From positions 23,670 to 87,669 of IMG/VR virus record IMGVR_UViG_3300032138_000008: a stretch of 64,000 nt of DNA; one strand, 5' to 3'. Positions within the stretch are counted from its first letter, which is position 1; each line of letters begins with the position of its first letter. Shown here in pieces: positions 28,799 to 38,996 of the stretch. Both the position numbers and the translations under genes were made by a program. The notes below the pieces were generated by a model. The model was given only the letters and a program-made list of their open reading frames with translations. It was not told where the DNA came from and did no database searches. The DNA comes from a virus (lineage: Duplodnaviria > Caudoviricetes).

Positions 28799-29051
28799 TT
28801 ACATGGAAATGGTTTATGAACAGTTCTTCTTCCTAAAATATTGGGGAGGATGGTCCTTTTCCGAAGCCTACAATCTTCCGGTAGGGCTGCGGCGATGGTT
28901 TGTTGAACGACTGATCAAACAATTAGATGACGAAAAGCAGGCGCATGAAGACGCAGCACGGGGCGGAGGCGGCAAGAGCCAAACTCTCAGCGCTCAAAAC
29001 CAGCCTTCACCGCCCCCACATTTAATGCAGATGGGCGACCGCAACAAATGA
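28778..29051 (+). CDS. +1-frame extension of tail chaperone (FFGLTDDYMEMVYEQFF...), or separate small gene from ATG 28803
   Basis: Open +1 frame begins at the T7 run 28778-28784. YWGGWSFSEAYNLPVGLRRWF is typical of tail-chaperone C-termini. No RBS before ATG 28803. Confidence 0.6.
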
Positions 29052-29075
29052 TAGTTCTGTCTTTTTGATCAATAA

Positions 29076-29083
29076 ACTATTTA
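29076..29083 (+). promoter_or_regulatory. putative late promoter motif ACTATTTA
   Basis: Intergenic, upstream of the tape measure gene. Confidence 0.6.
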
Positions 29084-29126
29084 TTTTAGACGATTTATAT
29101 CCTCCTAATTTAAAGAGAACTTTATA

Positions 29127-31376
29127 GTGTCAGATCCTACTCCCGAAGAACTAGCTGAGATTAATAGACTGCGCGAGGAAGAGCTTCAACTCCTTGAACA
29201 GCGCGCGACAGCCCTTAAAGAAGAACTTCAGTTACTAAGGGACGCTCACGCTACCGAGACTGGTAGATATAATCAAGCTCAGAATCTTGCCGAACAACAA
29301 CGGCTCAGTGTCGAGCTTGCCAGAGCGGACGTTGAGTTTCTAGAACGAAAAAAGAAACTCAACGGGAGCATCACCGCAGAAGAACAAAGGCGCCTTGACA
29401 CTGCAAAAGAAACCACCAAAGAATTCGAAAAGCAGCAAGACCTCTTAAAGAAAGCACGCGATATCGGCAAAGATATGGCATCAGCCATGGCCCTCTACGG
29501 TCGCCATAGCGCTATTAACACTGCTAATCTGGTGAAGCTAGGAAAAGGACTCCAGGCGCCCATTGAGTTTTTAAAGGGGCTGTCTGCTGGTGCGTTCACC
29601 AGCATTATCGACACTATCATTAACCTTGGATTCCAAGTTGATAAGATGGAATCGGACTTTATGAAAGCTACTGGTGCATCTAAAGCCATGGCTGGCGAAG
29701 TCACTAGTCTCTATGAGTCCACCCGCCAGTTTGGTGTTGAAACAGGTGAAGCAGCCGCCGCAACTGAAGCTTTAATGACGTCTTTCACTGACTTCACAAT
29801 GCTCTCGCAGTCGACCCGTGCAGAGGTACTTCAAACTACCGCAATTTTAGGAGAATTTGGAGTTGCGTCTGGCGATGTGGCAAAGGGAATGCAGATTTCC
29901 ACGAAGGCTTTTGGACTATCAGCCCAAGGCGCTGCACGCACATCCCGCGAAATCACAGCCCTGGCTCAAGATTTGGGAGTGCCTGTCAAGCAACTACATG
30001 GTGATTTTGCGAGCGTTGGTGGAGAGTTGGCGAAGATGGGCAATAACGGTACGCAAGCCTTTAAAGATTTAGCAATGCGAGCCAAGGCAACTGGTCTAGA
30101 AATAGGTAAGTTGCTTCATATGACCTCTAAGTTCGATACATTCGAAGGCGCCGCAGAACAGGCCGGAAAGCTTAATGCTGCTCTCGGGGGAAACATGGTA
30201 AATGCCATGGATCTCTTGACCGAAACGGATCCTGCGGCTCGTTTTGATATGATTCGCGATGCTATCCTAGACACTGGATTGTCCTTTGACGACATGTCTT
30301 ATTATCAACGTAAGTTTTATGCTGATGCCGCAGGCTTAGAAAATGTAAGCGATTTAGCGGGGATGCTCTCAGGTGACTATGACGGTCTTACCGGCGATAT
30401 TGGGAAGACTTCAGCGGAAATTGCAGATCAGAAAAAACAAGCCGCGGCAATGCAAGACGCAATGACAGAGCTTAAAAACGCACTATTGCCTCTGATTCCC
30501 ATCTTTACCGAATTGGCACAGTGGATCAGTTCGATGGCCCAAGCGATCCAAAATAACATATCATGGATAAAACCCTTAGTTAAGTGGTCTGCCATTCTCG
30601 GTGGCGGTCTTAAGGTTCTGTCGGTGGCCTGGGGGGGACTCAACCTTGTTCTGGGTACTTTTGGATTGCGCTCTAAAACAGCCGCAACAGGCGCCCGCGC
30701 AGTCGGCAAAGGAATTGGCTCCGCCGGCACCGCGGCTGCCCCGGCAATTCCGGTTCTGCTATCATTCGGCGCCACAGTGGCAATGATCGGCGCCGGAATT
30801 GGTGTTGCCGCGGCCGGAATAGGAAAAATGGCAGAGGGCATGAGTGAGTTGTTTGTGGTAATGGACTGGAAGCAGACCAAGCAGTTTATAGCACTCCTCG
30901 GATCAATCGGTTTATTTGGGTTCTCAGGCGCGGGAATCGCGGCAGGGGTAGGTTTTGCAGCAATGGGTGCGGGATTTGCGGGTATGGCGCTCGGGCTGTG
31001 GCTCATCAGCGAAAAGAAACTCGCATCGATTGCCACCTTTACTGAGTCTCTAGCTTCGGTTGAGGCGGGACAACTGGGCGAAGTCGCCGACACAATTGAA
31101 CGCATTGCGGATGCTATGGATCACATGCCATCCTTTGCCATGTTGGGACTAGGCTCGGTTATGACTTCTGCGGCAACGGCGGCAACGGCGCTCGCCGCAA
31201 TGAACCGCACTGGTACTGCTGCCGCCCGGGCCCCATGGGCCCCTGGTGCTGCGCAAGGATCTTCTACAACTTCGAAAGATAAATATGAAGTTGAGATAAA
31301 GGTTAATAACGATATTTTTGAAACCAAGGTACTTAATATTGTAGACGGCAAGCTCACAGAGTTGGGACTCCTATAG
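29127..31376 (+). CDS. tape measure protein
   Basis: 749 aa, Ala/Gly-rich and helical, with an N-terminal coiled coil and hydrophobic C-terminal segments. Follows the chaperone. Confidence 0.8.
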   Translation: MSDPTPEELAEINRLREEELQLLEQRATALKEELQLLRDAHATETGRYNQAQNLAEQQRLSVELARADVEFLERKKKLNGSITAEEQRRLDTAKETTKEFEKQQDLLKKARDIGKDMASAMALYGRHSAINTANLVKLGKGLQAPIEFLKGLSAGAFTSIIDTIINLGFQVDKMESDFMKATGASKAMAGEVTSLYESTRQFGVETGEAAAATEALMTSFTDFTMLSQSTRAEVLQTTAILGEFGVASGDVAKGMQISTKAFGLSAQGAARTSREITALAQDLGVPVKQLHGDFASVGGELAKMGNNGTQAFKDLAMRAKATGLEIGKLLHMTSKFDTFEGAAEQAGKLNAALGGNMVNAMDLLTETDPAARFDMIRDAILDTGLSFDDMSYYQRKFYADAAGLENVSDLAGMLSGDYDGLTGDIGKTSAEIADQKKQAAAMQDAMTELKNALLPLIPIFTELAQWISSMAQAIQNNISWIKPLVKWSAILGGGLKVLSVAWGGLNLVLGTFGLRSKTAATGARAVGKGIGSAGTAAAPAIPVLLSFGATVAMIGAGIGVAAAGIGKMAEGMSELFVVMDWKQTKQFIALLGSIGLFGFSGAGIAAGVGFAAMGAGFAGMALGLWLISEKKLASIATFTESLASVEAGQLGEVADTIERIADAMDHMPSFAMLGLGSVMTSAATAATALAAMNRTGTAAARAPWAPGAAQGSSTTSKDKYEVEIKVNNDIFETKVLNIVDGKLTELGLL

Positions 31377-31393
31377 AGGACTAAAATATATTT

Positions 31394-32617
31394 ATGGCAA
31401 ATGGAAACGACAAATTTGATATTAATAAACTAGCGGCCGCAGACTTGCCGTTTTATATTGATGGCACCGACGCATTAGCTAACACTAAAAAACAAATTAT
31501 TACGTTTTATCACGTTAACTCGGATCATTTTGTAGCCTTCAAAGCCTTTATAACTGCTTATAATGAAACTTACAATAGTGACTGGGCATCGGAAAAGGTA
31601 TACGGCCGCGCGGATCCCATCTATATGTTCAAGAACACTACTCGCAAAATAACTTTAGCTTTTAAGGTCCCGGCAGCCACTGTCGACGAGGCTTATCAAA
31701 ATCTTGCTAAGATTCAAAAGCTTCTTCAATATTTATACCCCAACTATACGGGATTACGCCCCCGCGCCTATAATCCTGCTACAAAGGCTTTCGAAGAATC
31801 GCGCGACAAAGAGGGAAACCCTTTAGCGGCGCATGCCAATACCATCTCCGGCGCACCCTTGGTCCGGCTAGGGGTGATGAACCTTGCGCGCCGGCGCGAT
31901 GCGGCAGATGTCGACAAGTTTGTGGGTGTTAACGAGATAATGAAGAAGATATTGAAACCTTCAGAATGGGGAGATATGAAAAAAGTACAGTCAGCCCAGA
32001 ATAAAGCCAAAGCAATTGTTAAGTCGATGGGCAGTATCGAAGACAGCACTGCTGATGCAACTAGTGGGCTTCTGGGCGTGATTGAAAACGTTAATATTAA
32101 TCATAACATTGAAGGAGACGATGGAGTCTTTGAGGGAAATATGGGAGGAGCGATTCTTCCTAAGATGATCGAGGTTGCTGTAGATTTTAGCCCAATTCAC
32201 GAACAACATCTCGGCTGGTTTGATGACGGAACCTTTGGTAATATGGCTTTTCCTTATGGAGCGGTAGATGATATGGCGTATTATACTGTTCCGCCCAACG
32301 TTGATCCTACCAACAACCAAGCTGCAGCCAGCACCAACAAATCTCCGGACGCGGCTGAGGAAATGCCCACTGGCACGAAAGATGCCACTAAATTGAATCA
32401 AACACTTCATGGTGAAAACCAGACATCCGAACAAACTCAAGCGCTCTTAGAGGCCGAAATCGAAGCTGATGTGATCACCACGGGAAATAATAGCCCTGAA
32501 ATGTCCTCCGGACAAACTGAGGACTCTGTCTTCTATCAGAATGAACAAAAACAGTACCAAGAAGACCTAGACGATTTAGACCGGAAAGATTGGCGCATTC
32601 TATTCTGGCGGAGCTAA
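31394..32617 (+). CDS. baseplate tube-initiator-like protein (gp48/gp54 type)
   Basis: FKAFITAYNETY..DW..EKVYGRADPIYMFKNTTRKITLAF, a tube-fold pattern. Follows the tape measure. Confidence 0.6.
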   Translation: MANGNDKFDINKLAAADLPFYIDGTDALANTKKQIITFYHVNSDHFVAFKAFITAYNETYNSDWASEKVYGRADPIYMFKNTTRKITLAFKVPAATVDEAYQNLAKIQKLLQYLYPNYTGLRPRAYNPATKAFEESRDKEGNPLAAHANTISGAPLVRLGVMNLARRRDAADVDKFVGVNEIMKKILKPSEWGDMKKVQSAQNKAKAIVKSMGSIEDSTADATSGLLGVIENVNINHNIEGDDGVFEGNMGGAILPKMIEVAVDFSPIHEQHLGWFDDGTFGNMAFPYGAVDDMAYYTVPPNVDPTNNQAAASTNKSPDAAEEMPTGTKDATKLNQTLHGENQTSEQTQALLEAEIEADVITTGNNSPEMSSGQTEDSVFYQNEQKQYQEDLDDLDRKDWRILFWRS

Positions 32618-32626
32618 TAAACTTTA

Positions 32627-32965
32627 ATGGCAACACGATATTCTACTACCCGAGTTTTAACAAACGCTAGCGATTATTACGCACCCTTGCGTAAAAAGCG
32701 CGGAGACAAGCGAATTCGTCAATATGAGACTCCCAAGCTCCACCAGCCTTCGACAGCCGAGATGAGAGCCATCGCGTCCACAACTCATATATGGAAAAGC
32801 ACAGATCGGCTTTCCAATCTTGCCCATAAACATTATGGAGATGTAAGATATTGGTGGGTAATCGCGTGGTACAACGGATATCCCACCGAAGCCCATTTAT
32901 TTGCGGGAGCTTCCTTGTTTATCCCCATCAGTTTAGATAGCGCCTTAAATGCGCTGAGGGTGTAA
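32627..32965 (+). CDS. LysM-like baseplate wedge protein (gp53 / P2 gpX type)
   Basis: HIWKSTDRLSNLAHKHYGDVRYWWVIAWYN motif. Confidence 0.75.
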   Translation: MATRYSTTRVLTNASDYYAPLRKKRGDKRIRQYETPKLHQPSTAEMRAIASTTHIWKSTDRLSNLAHKHYGDVRYWWVIAWYNGYPTEAHLFAGASLFIPISLDSALNALRV

Positions 32966-32967
32966 TT

Positions 32968-35900
32968 ATGGCATATGGCGGCCGCACCCCTGAAGGGTTT
33001 ACCGGAGAATGGAAATTCTGGATTGAAGACAAGGCTAAAAGAGCTTCAAATGATGACTTCGAGGTACCGAATTACAACCCAGATTTTGTCTTCGATTTCT
33101 TGGAGTTTCTCGAAGGTGATCCGGGTTATCAAGAGTCTCTCACTCGCACCATCGCCCTTGAGCGCCCCACAGGACTGTTCCTCTCCCAGAAGATTATTCA
33201 AGCTGGAGGCGAAACTACCTCACGCGCTACCCTGGTGGCTGAACTTCAAAAAGACCCGGGCAGCCAAGACCGTGAAACCGCGACGAAAAGATATGAAGAT
33301 CTTTATGGGAACGCAACCAGCTTCTGCGCAGAAGCCCTGTATAAAGACAATATGGGGTTCTCGGCTACAGATAGATCTGGCTATTATACGGGCGACGGCG
33401 AGAAGCTCACCCCTACGACCGTGATAGCTATGGTCCACGGCGTCGAAATGGTCAGGGCCATTCGCCTCTACGGCGGGGAACTGGTGCTTGTTAACGACAC
33501 GGACCCGAATGTGACGTCGCAAGCGATCATACCCCAGTCGACCCTCGACTCCCTCAATGCGCGTCCGCTGGACGACAGCGCGTGGGGTCCTTGGGGGGAA
33601 GATTTGGCCAAGGTTAGCAGCATGTACGTAAAAGACGACTCAGTTGCAGCTGGATATCGCGTGAAGCGCGCCAGCGGTGTGGAGGCAGTGATGACGCCGA
33701 AGGAACTAACAGCCGCGAAAATGATATCTACATGGTATCGAGCCGAGCGCGTACCCCCTACTTGTAAAGGATCCCCTGGAGAAATTGCGTTTCGCGCCGG
33801 TGAGTTCATCGAGAATAGAACAGCTAATTGTATTAATTCTACCGACCCCTTGTTGGAAGCATGTGTTGGGGGCAAGAGCCTACATTTGCAACAGCAAGGA
33901 GCTTATTACGCTGGAGCTTTTAATGGCGCTTATCTGCGAAGCACTCCCGGCGCCCCGCTGCCGACAGCTTATAAGAACAATGCGAACGCTGTGCGTATTG
34001 CCTATATGGAATTTAGGGAGGACTTTGTTGCAGCTATGCAACATTGTCATAACGGACTCATAAGTAATGAAAAGAATTGGAACGAAGCTTTCGCTAAATT
34101 AGAGAATGTGCCTGATGACATGAAGAAGTATCACCCCAATTTTCTGAAACAGTTTGACGCAACTAATGCAGACAAGTCAGCCACTATCCGTTCCCGTATT
34201 TGGCGTGTTCCGGGTACCGGCGCCACCGAGAGCGGAGAGGCGGCTGATAATTGGCTAGCCGGCGGAGATTGCGCTTATTGTAAATGTCCAGGCAACAATA
34301 AGAAAGGAGGCACTCTAGATTGCGGAGGGGTTCCAATTATAGACGCAGTGGAATATTCATTGCAACTTATGGGATGGGGACAAGGAGCCAATACTTCATT
34401 ACAAGCCGTGGTTTATCACCCAGTGGTGACCATGGGGGTCACAGCCCAGGCTGCCCTTACCACACGTCTCGAATCAGCGGCAATAGCGGTTAAAGTCGGC
34501 CATGGCGCATACGCTGCGAGCCACACCACCTCCTTACACAGGACTATCGCACCGGGAAAGAAAACTCTATTACAATTTGCCATAGAAAAGTATACTGAAT
34601 GGTTGCGTTATCGCTGTTTTTATATTGAAAGGGAAGATAACCAATTTGATGAAACGAAATATGCCGATCTTCTTAAGGATCCGGATGCGGAGTTCGCTCG
34701 GGTAGCGGCTGAAAGACAGAAGAATGTTGATCGGGCCAAAGTCCGCGGAGATATTGCATTGGGCATTGTTCAAAAAGCCGCCTTTAGAGAGCAATGTTTT
34801 ATGTTGTCCAAAGTTTTCTCTCTGGTAAACTACAAAAAAGTCAAGCTTGATTCTGTCTGGGGGAAAAAACTTCCGTATGTTTTAGCCGATACCTACCATA
34901 AAGCCGGCACAGCCGAGGAACCATGTGTTCAGCTTGACCCTAAAACAGATTTTACTAACGCTTCGTTACAAGTTGACGGCTCCGCTTTTGGCTTTATGAA
35001 CCTATTGACTGCCGATCCTAAGATGATGCCTTTATATCAAGCCCATCATTCACAGTTATCTATGTTACAGCCTTTGATGCGCTTCTTTAAGGTAACCGAA
35101 GACACAGTTAATGGAGAAGAGCGGACTTCCGAACAAGAGATTGATTTTGATGCCTATGAGACCAATTACCCTGCCATCTTTGATCCTCAACAGATGATGA
35201 AGTCTGCCAATCAACGCGGTCATGGTGTGGGTGTTAAGAGTTTTGATTTTACTTATGATGGGAGCAATCCATTCGCAGTCAAAAAAAGTATTAAAGCTAA
35301 GTTGGTGATTTTTGCTAATAGCTTTGATGAGCTAATGCGCATACGAGGCACGCAGAAAAAGCCCTATCGTTATGTGGATTTGGCCCTTAAAACCGGTGGT
35401 CCGCGGATTGGAGACGTGGTACCCGCGGGCTATCGCCGGGGAAATTCCCAAGAGAATGCATCCGAGGATCCACTTGATTGTATTCCCATTAGTAATGGGC
35501 TCGGAGGGGACCAGGAAGCAGCAAACTTAACTTCTGACTTGGACCCTCTGGATAAATTAAACTTTCGTCTTAAAGCGGTAGTGGGCTATTCGCCACCACC
35601 TCCTTTGACTGATCAAACGTTTTGGCACATTGACAATCGGGGCAATCGCATCGGGGACTATCTGAGCCATGGCGACACCGCTAGCTCTCAATATAATAGT
35701 ATCGAGGCGGCCGTTAATAGCAGTTTTGTTAGCCTAAATCTCACTCCCACTACACATGACTTTAAGTTTGATGAAATGGGGCGTGTAACCTTCACTATTA
35801 ATTATTTGGCCTACATTGAAGACTTCTTTGATGATAGACACTTTAATATCTTTACGGATTTAGATATTGCCAAGTGGATGCTCTTTCGACGCCTGCGTAT

Positions 35901-37731
35901 GGACAAGCTTAAAAAGGCTTGCAAGAGCGAAGAGATCAACAAGATAAAGGAAGAAGAGAAAGATGAAGTTGAAGATTTGAAACTAGAGAGTATGAAGATT
36001 TTAACGCAGCGCCTCTTTAACAGCGGCCGGGTTCACTATTTAAACATTAGCTATGCCCAGTTAAGAGAGTGGAAGAGTAAAGGACCTTATGCTGACATGG
36101 GAGACCTATCTGCCGTCAGCGGACAGAGTGGTCTCAATATTACGGAAGCTAAAGATGCTACAGCCCGTATAGTTCAAGATGCTGAATCTAAGTCTAAAGA
36201 AGCGGGCGACGACGACGAAGGAACTGCCCAAAGCAAGCGGTTGTTTACTAAATATGTCAACGACTATAAGGATCAGAATATCCCCTATTTTTATGTCGCT
36301 GATCTGGTGGATACTATTTTAGAAGGAATCGACGCATACATGTCGGAAGAAGGTATGCAAGCCATTATCCAAGACATTTCCGAGAAGGATGGGCTCCCCG
36401 GCACTGGTAAAGAATTTATCACCGAATGTGATAAAGCGTATGAAGTTTATAAATTAAAGAAATTTGCCGAACAATTCCGGCGCTACCGTACTGTCCTGGG
36501 TCCTGTGGAGATTGTCAACCCCATTGACGTGAGTAAATCATTATTTGTAAATTTGGGCGATATTCCGGTTTCTATCAAGTACTTTAATGAATGGCTTACT
36601 GCGAAGTTGCTTAAAAAAGATCGTGCCGTCTATACGTTGCCCCGGTTTCTTAATGACTTTTTCAACCACCTCCTCAGAAATTTCTTAAACAATGATACAT
36701 GTTTCAACTATAACATCAAGCAAAAGATTAAACTTAATCAAGCAGCCCTCACTGACTATTGTTCGCTGCAAGACATTGCTCTGGCTGATCGCATGCGAGA
36801 AGCAGGCACCGGCGCCCCCGGAGTGCCAGTAGACACACTGACGTCCAAGACGATGGCAGCCAATTATCACCGCCAACGCGCCGGACTGGGAGGACTATAC
36901 GTCCCCTTGCGCCTTGTCCCTGCGCCGGAAGGCGCAGCAACCATAGTTCAAGCCGGCGGCTTCGGAAGTGAAGGTCAAATGCGCCCTCCGATATTGAATA
37001 TCTCGGGTCCTAATAGTGATAATTCCCGCAATATCGCCACCGCACAAGGTGCTAATGGGGGTATCGAGAATGAAACTAATTACATGGTTTTTTACGCCGG
37101 CCGTTCTAAGCCTACAGAATTAATGAGAGGGCACCTGCCAACGGACATGCGAAATGGTATTATGCACTATAACCAAGGACAGGATGTAGGTATAGTAAAG
37201 ACAATTGATCTTAAAAAGACAAGCTCGCCCGGGCTCGCCGAGGTGCGTTTTGAGCAAGATGGCTATGAAGGCTTAGAGCAGTTGCGCGTTCTTTATGATG
37301 CCACTATTTCAACTTTCTGTTTGCCGAATGTAATGCCGGGACAATATCTTTATGTAGACCCCCGGGGCTTTTCTCCTTCCGAGGGCGCCACCTATGGAGA
37401 AAAGTTTGACTTAACTCGCTTCGGGATTGGAGGCTATTTTATGGCCCACAAGGTAGAACATAGCCTAGGACTCGGCGTAGCGCAGACCACCATTCATGCG
37501 AAGTGGGTGGCCGAGGTTACCAAGGAGACCGCTGCCCCAGGCGCGGAAGTCGCGGACCCGATCCCTGGCAACGAGGATGCCGACCCCCGTGATGCTGCCC
37601 TGGTTTCTAAGTGCTCCCAACATCGGCTAGAGCGAAAGGCGGCCGCCGCCGGCGGAGCTACTATGATGCATCGCACCAATACGGATAATGGCGCCGCAGC
37701 CGATACAGTCGCCACCCCCCCAACTGAGTAA
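32968..37731 (+). CDS. very large baseplate hub protein
   Basis: 1587 aa. The C-terminal PGQYLYVD...GIGGYFMAHKVEH motif resembles the hub (gp27/gp44/gpD) end. Follows the LysM gene. Confidence 0.55.
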   Translation: MAYGGRTPEGFTGEWKFWIEDKAKRASNDDFEVPNYNPDFVFDFLEFLEGDPGYQESLTRTIALERPTGLFLSQKIIQAGGETTSRATLVAELQKDPGSQDRETATKRYEDLYGNATSFCAEALYKDNMGFSATDRSGYYTGDGEKLTPTTVIAMVHGVEMVRAIRLYGGELVLVNDTDPNVTSQAIIPQSTLDSLNARPLDDSAWGPWGEDLAKVSSMYVKDDSVAAGYRVKRASGVEAVMTPKELTAAKMISTWYRAERVPPTCKGSPGEIAFRAGEFIENRTANCINSTDPLLEACVGGKSLHLQQQGAYYAGAFNGAYLRSTPGAPLPTAYKNNANAVRIAYMEFREDFVAAMQHCHNGLISNEKNWNEAFAKLENVPDDMKKYHPNFLKQFDATNADKSATIRSRIWRVPGTGATESGEAADNWLAGGDCAYCKCPGNNKKGGTLDCGGVPIIDAVEYSLQLMGWGQGANTSLQAVVYHPVVTMGVTAQAALTTRLESAAIAVKVGHGAYAASHTTSLHRTIAPGKKTLLQFAIEKYTEWLRYRCFYIEREDNQFDETKYADLLKDPDAEFARVAAERQKNVDRAKVRGDIALGIVQKAAFREQCFMLSKVFSLVNYKKVKLDSVWGKKLPYVLADTYHKAGTAEEPCVQLDPKTDFTNASLQVDGSAFGFMNLLTADPKMMPLYQAHHSQLSMLQPLMRFFKVTEDTVNGEERTSEQEIDFDAYETNYPAIFDPQQMMKSANQRGHGVGVKSFDFTYDGSNPFAVKKSIKAKLVIFANSFDELMRIRGTQKKPYRYVDLALKTGGPRIGDVVPAGYRRGNSQENASEDPLDCIPISNGLGGDQEAANLTSDLDPLDKLNFRLKAVVGYSPPPPLTDQTFWHIDNRGNRIGDYLSHGDTASSQYNSIEAAVNSSFVSLNLTPTTHDFKFDEMGRVTFTINYLAYIEDFFDDRHFNIFTDLDIAKWMLFRRLRMDKLKKACKSEEINKIKEEEKDEVEDLKLESMKILTQRLFNSGRVHYLNISYAQLREWKSKGPYADMGDLSAVSGQSGLNITEAKDATARIVQDAESKSKEAGDDDEGTAQSKRLFTKYVNDYKDQNIPYFYVADLVDTILEGIDAYMSEEGMQAIIQDISEKDGLPGTGKEFITECDKAYEVYKLKKFAEQFRRYRTVLGPVEIVNPIDVSKSLFVNLGDIPVSIKYFNEWLTAKLLKKDRAVYTLPRFLNDFFNHLLRNFLNNDTCFNYNIKQKIKLNQAALTDYCSLQDIALADRMREAGTGAPGVPVDTLTSKTMAANYHRQRAGLGGLYVPLRLVPAPEGAATIVQAGGFGSEGQMRPPILNISGPNSDNSRNIATAQGANGGIENETNYMVFYAGRSKPTELMRGHLPTDMRNGIMHYNQGQDVGIVKTIDLKKTSSPGLAEVRFEQDGYEGLEQLRVLYDATISTFCLPNVMPGQYLYVDPRGFSPSEGATYGEKFDLTRFGIGGYFMAHKVEHSLGLGVAQTTIHAKWVAEVTKETAAPGAEVADPIPGNEDADPRDAALVSKCSQHRLERKAAAAGGATMMHRTNTDNGAAADTVATPPTE

Positions 37732-37745
37732 AAGGAGAGATTTAG

Positions 37746-38996
37746 ATGTCCACATTTTTTGCTGAAGATAATAACGAGACCACCAAAGAGTTATATCAAA
37801 AACGATTAATATACGTAGGCTTTGTTGATCGTGATAATCCGGACCATGTTATTAATTTTCATACGGGCGAAAAGCTAATGTATGGAAGAATCGATGAGTT
37901 TCATGTTCCCATGATTATTAACACGCCCTCGGTATATGGTGGCATAAAATCCTTTGATGCTAAGTTTTGTCAACAACAGAACTTTTATGGTGCCGCTTTT
38001 GTGGTGGATGCTTTTCATGGCATGATGCAGCAATATTCCAAAGATAGTTATAGTGGCAAGGTATCGGCCGGCGATGAATTTCTTACCGAGTTGCGCATTC
38101 ATAAAGCGTTTGTAAATCCGGTCAATCTTTATAATGAGCAAATTCGTTCATATACTGCGGCTTTAAAACAATTGTTCGCACAGCCACAAATTAAAATATT
38201 AACTTTTGAGGATTTCATCACGCAGCTTATGGCGACGTTAGGGCGGACTGCCCATCGATCCGCCTTTACTCAGGCAGCTTTCACTAAAAGTCGCCACTGC
38301 CCCATTAACTGTTCAGGCTTTGCTATTGAGATTGCAGATTTAGACGCAGCCAACGATCTAGAGAAGATGCAAAAGTTTGTGGAGAGTCCTAATTGGGAAT
38401 ACTTTGTAAATATTTGTAACCAATATGGATTTATGATTGATCAATTTGTGCCATGGCGCATTGTAGCAGACATCGATTCTGAAGGAATGCGTCCATATGC
38501 CCTAGCCTATGGATTGGGAAACCGCACCAAAATTATAAATATGATGTATAAGAGTGTGCACGAAGATAACTTTGCGAACTTGCCGAACTTGCTTTTGGGA
38601 ATGTATAACGCTGTTAAGCGCCCCTCCGTCAAGTTTGACGAATGCAACGGCCGCACTCTTTCCACTATCCAGCATCCCCAAGATTATACCCCAGAGAGCT
38701 TGTCTGCGCAATATTCGAATATGTATTTCTTGCGCTTATACTGTAAAATTCGTTTTTTGGAAGAAGAAACCCAGTTCAAAGAATTTGAGCAAAAGATTCT
38801 TATAGACGACTGTCAAGATTTAGCGCGCATTCATGGAAATGACAGGGCACTGGATTATTTTGAAAGAATTATGAATAAACCATTTGACAACGTGGGCTCA
38901 ATGAGCTATATTAAGAAACAGGTACTCGCTCAAATGGCTGAGGCAGCACCTAGGGGCACTACGGTTAGCAGCACAGATGATATTTCAGGCTATTGA
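37746..38996 (+). CDS. hypothetical protein
   Basis: 416-aa ORF with an AAGGAG RBS. No motif recognised. Confidence 0.7.
   Translation: MSTFFAEDNNETTKELYQKRLIYVGFVDRDNPDHVINFHTGEKLMYGRIDEFHVPMIINTPSVYGGIKSFDAKFCQQQNFYGAAFVVDAFHGMMQQYSKDSYSGKVSAGDEFLTELRIHKAFVNPVNLYNEQIRSYTAALKQLFAQPQIKILTFEDFITQLMATLGRTAHRSAFTQAAFTKSRHCPINCSGFAIEIADLDAANDLEKMQKFVESPNWEYFVNICNQYGFMIDQFVPWRIVADIDSEGMRPYALAYGLGNRTKIINMMYKSVHEDNFANLPNLLLGMYNAVKRPSVKFDECNGRTLSTIQHPQDYTPESLSAQYSNMYFLRLYCKIRFLEEETQFKEFEQKILIDDCQDLARIHGNDRALDYFERIMNKPFDNVGSMSYIKKQVLAQMAEAAPRGTTVSSTDDISGY

Noticed and set aside
36035-36042. ACTATTTA inside the hub gene
   Set aside because: It is 1.7 kb from the next gene start and likely a chance hit, showing that intragenic copies of the motif are weaker evidence.
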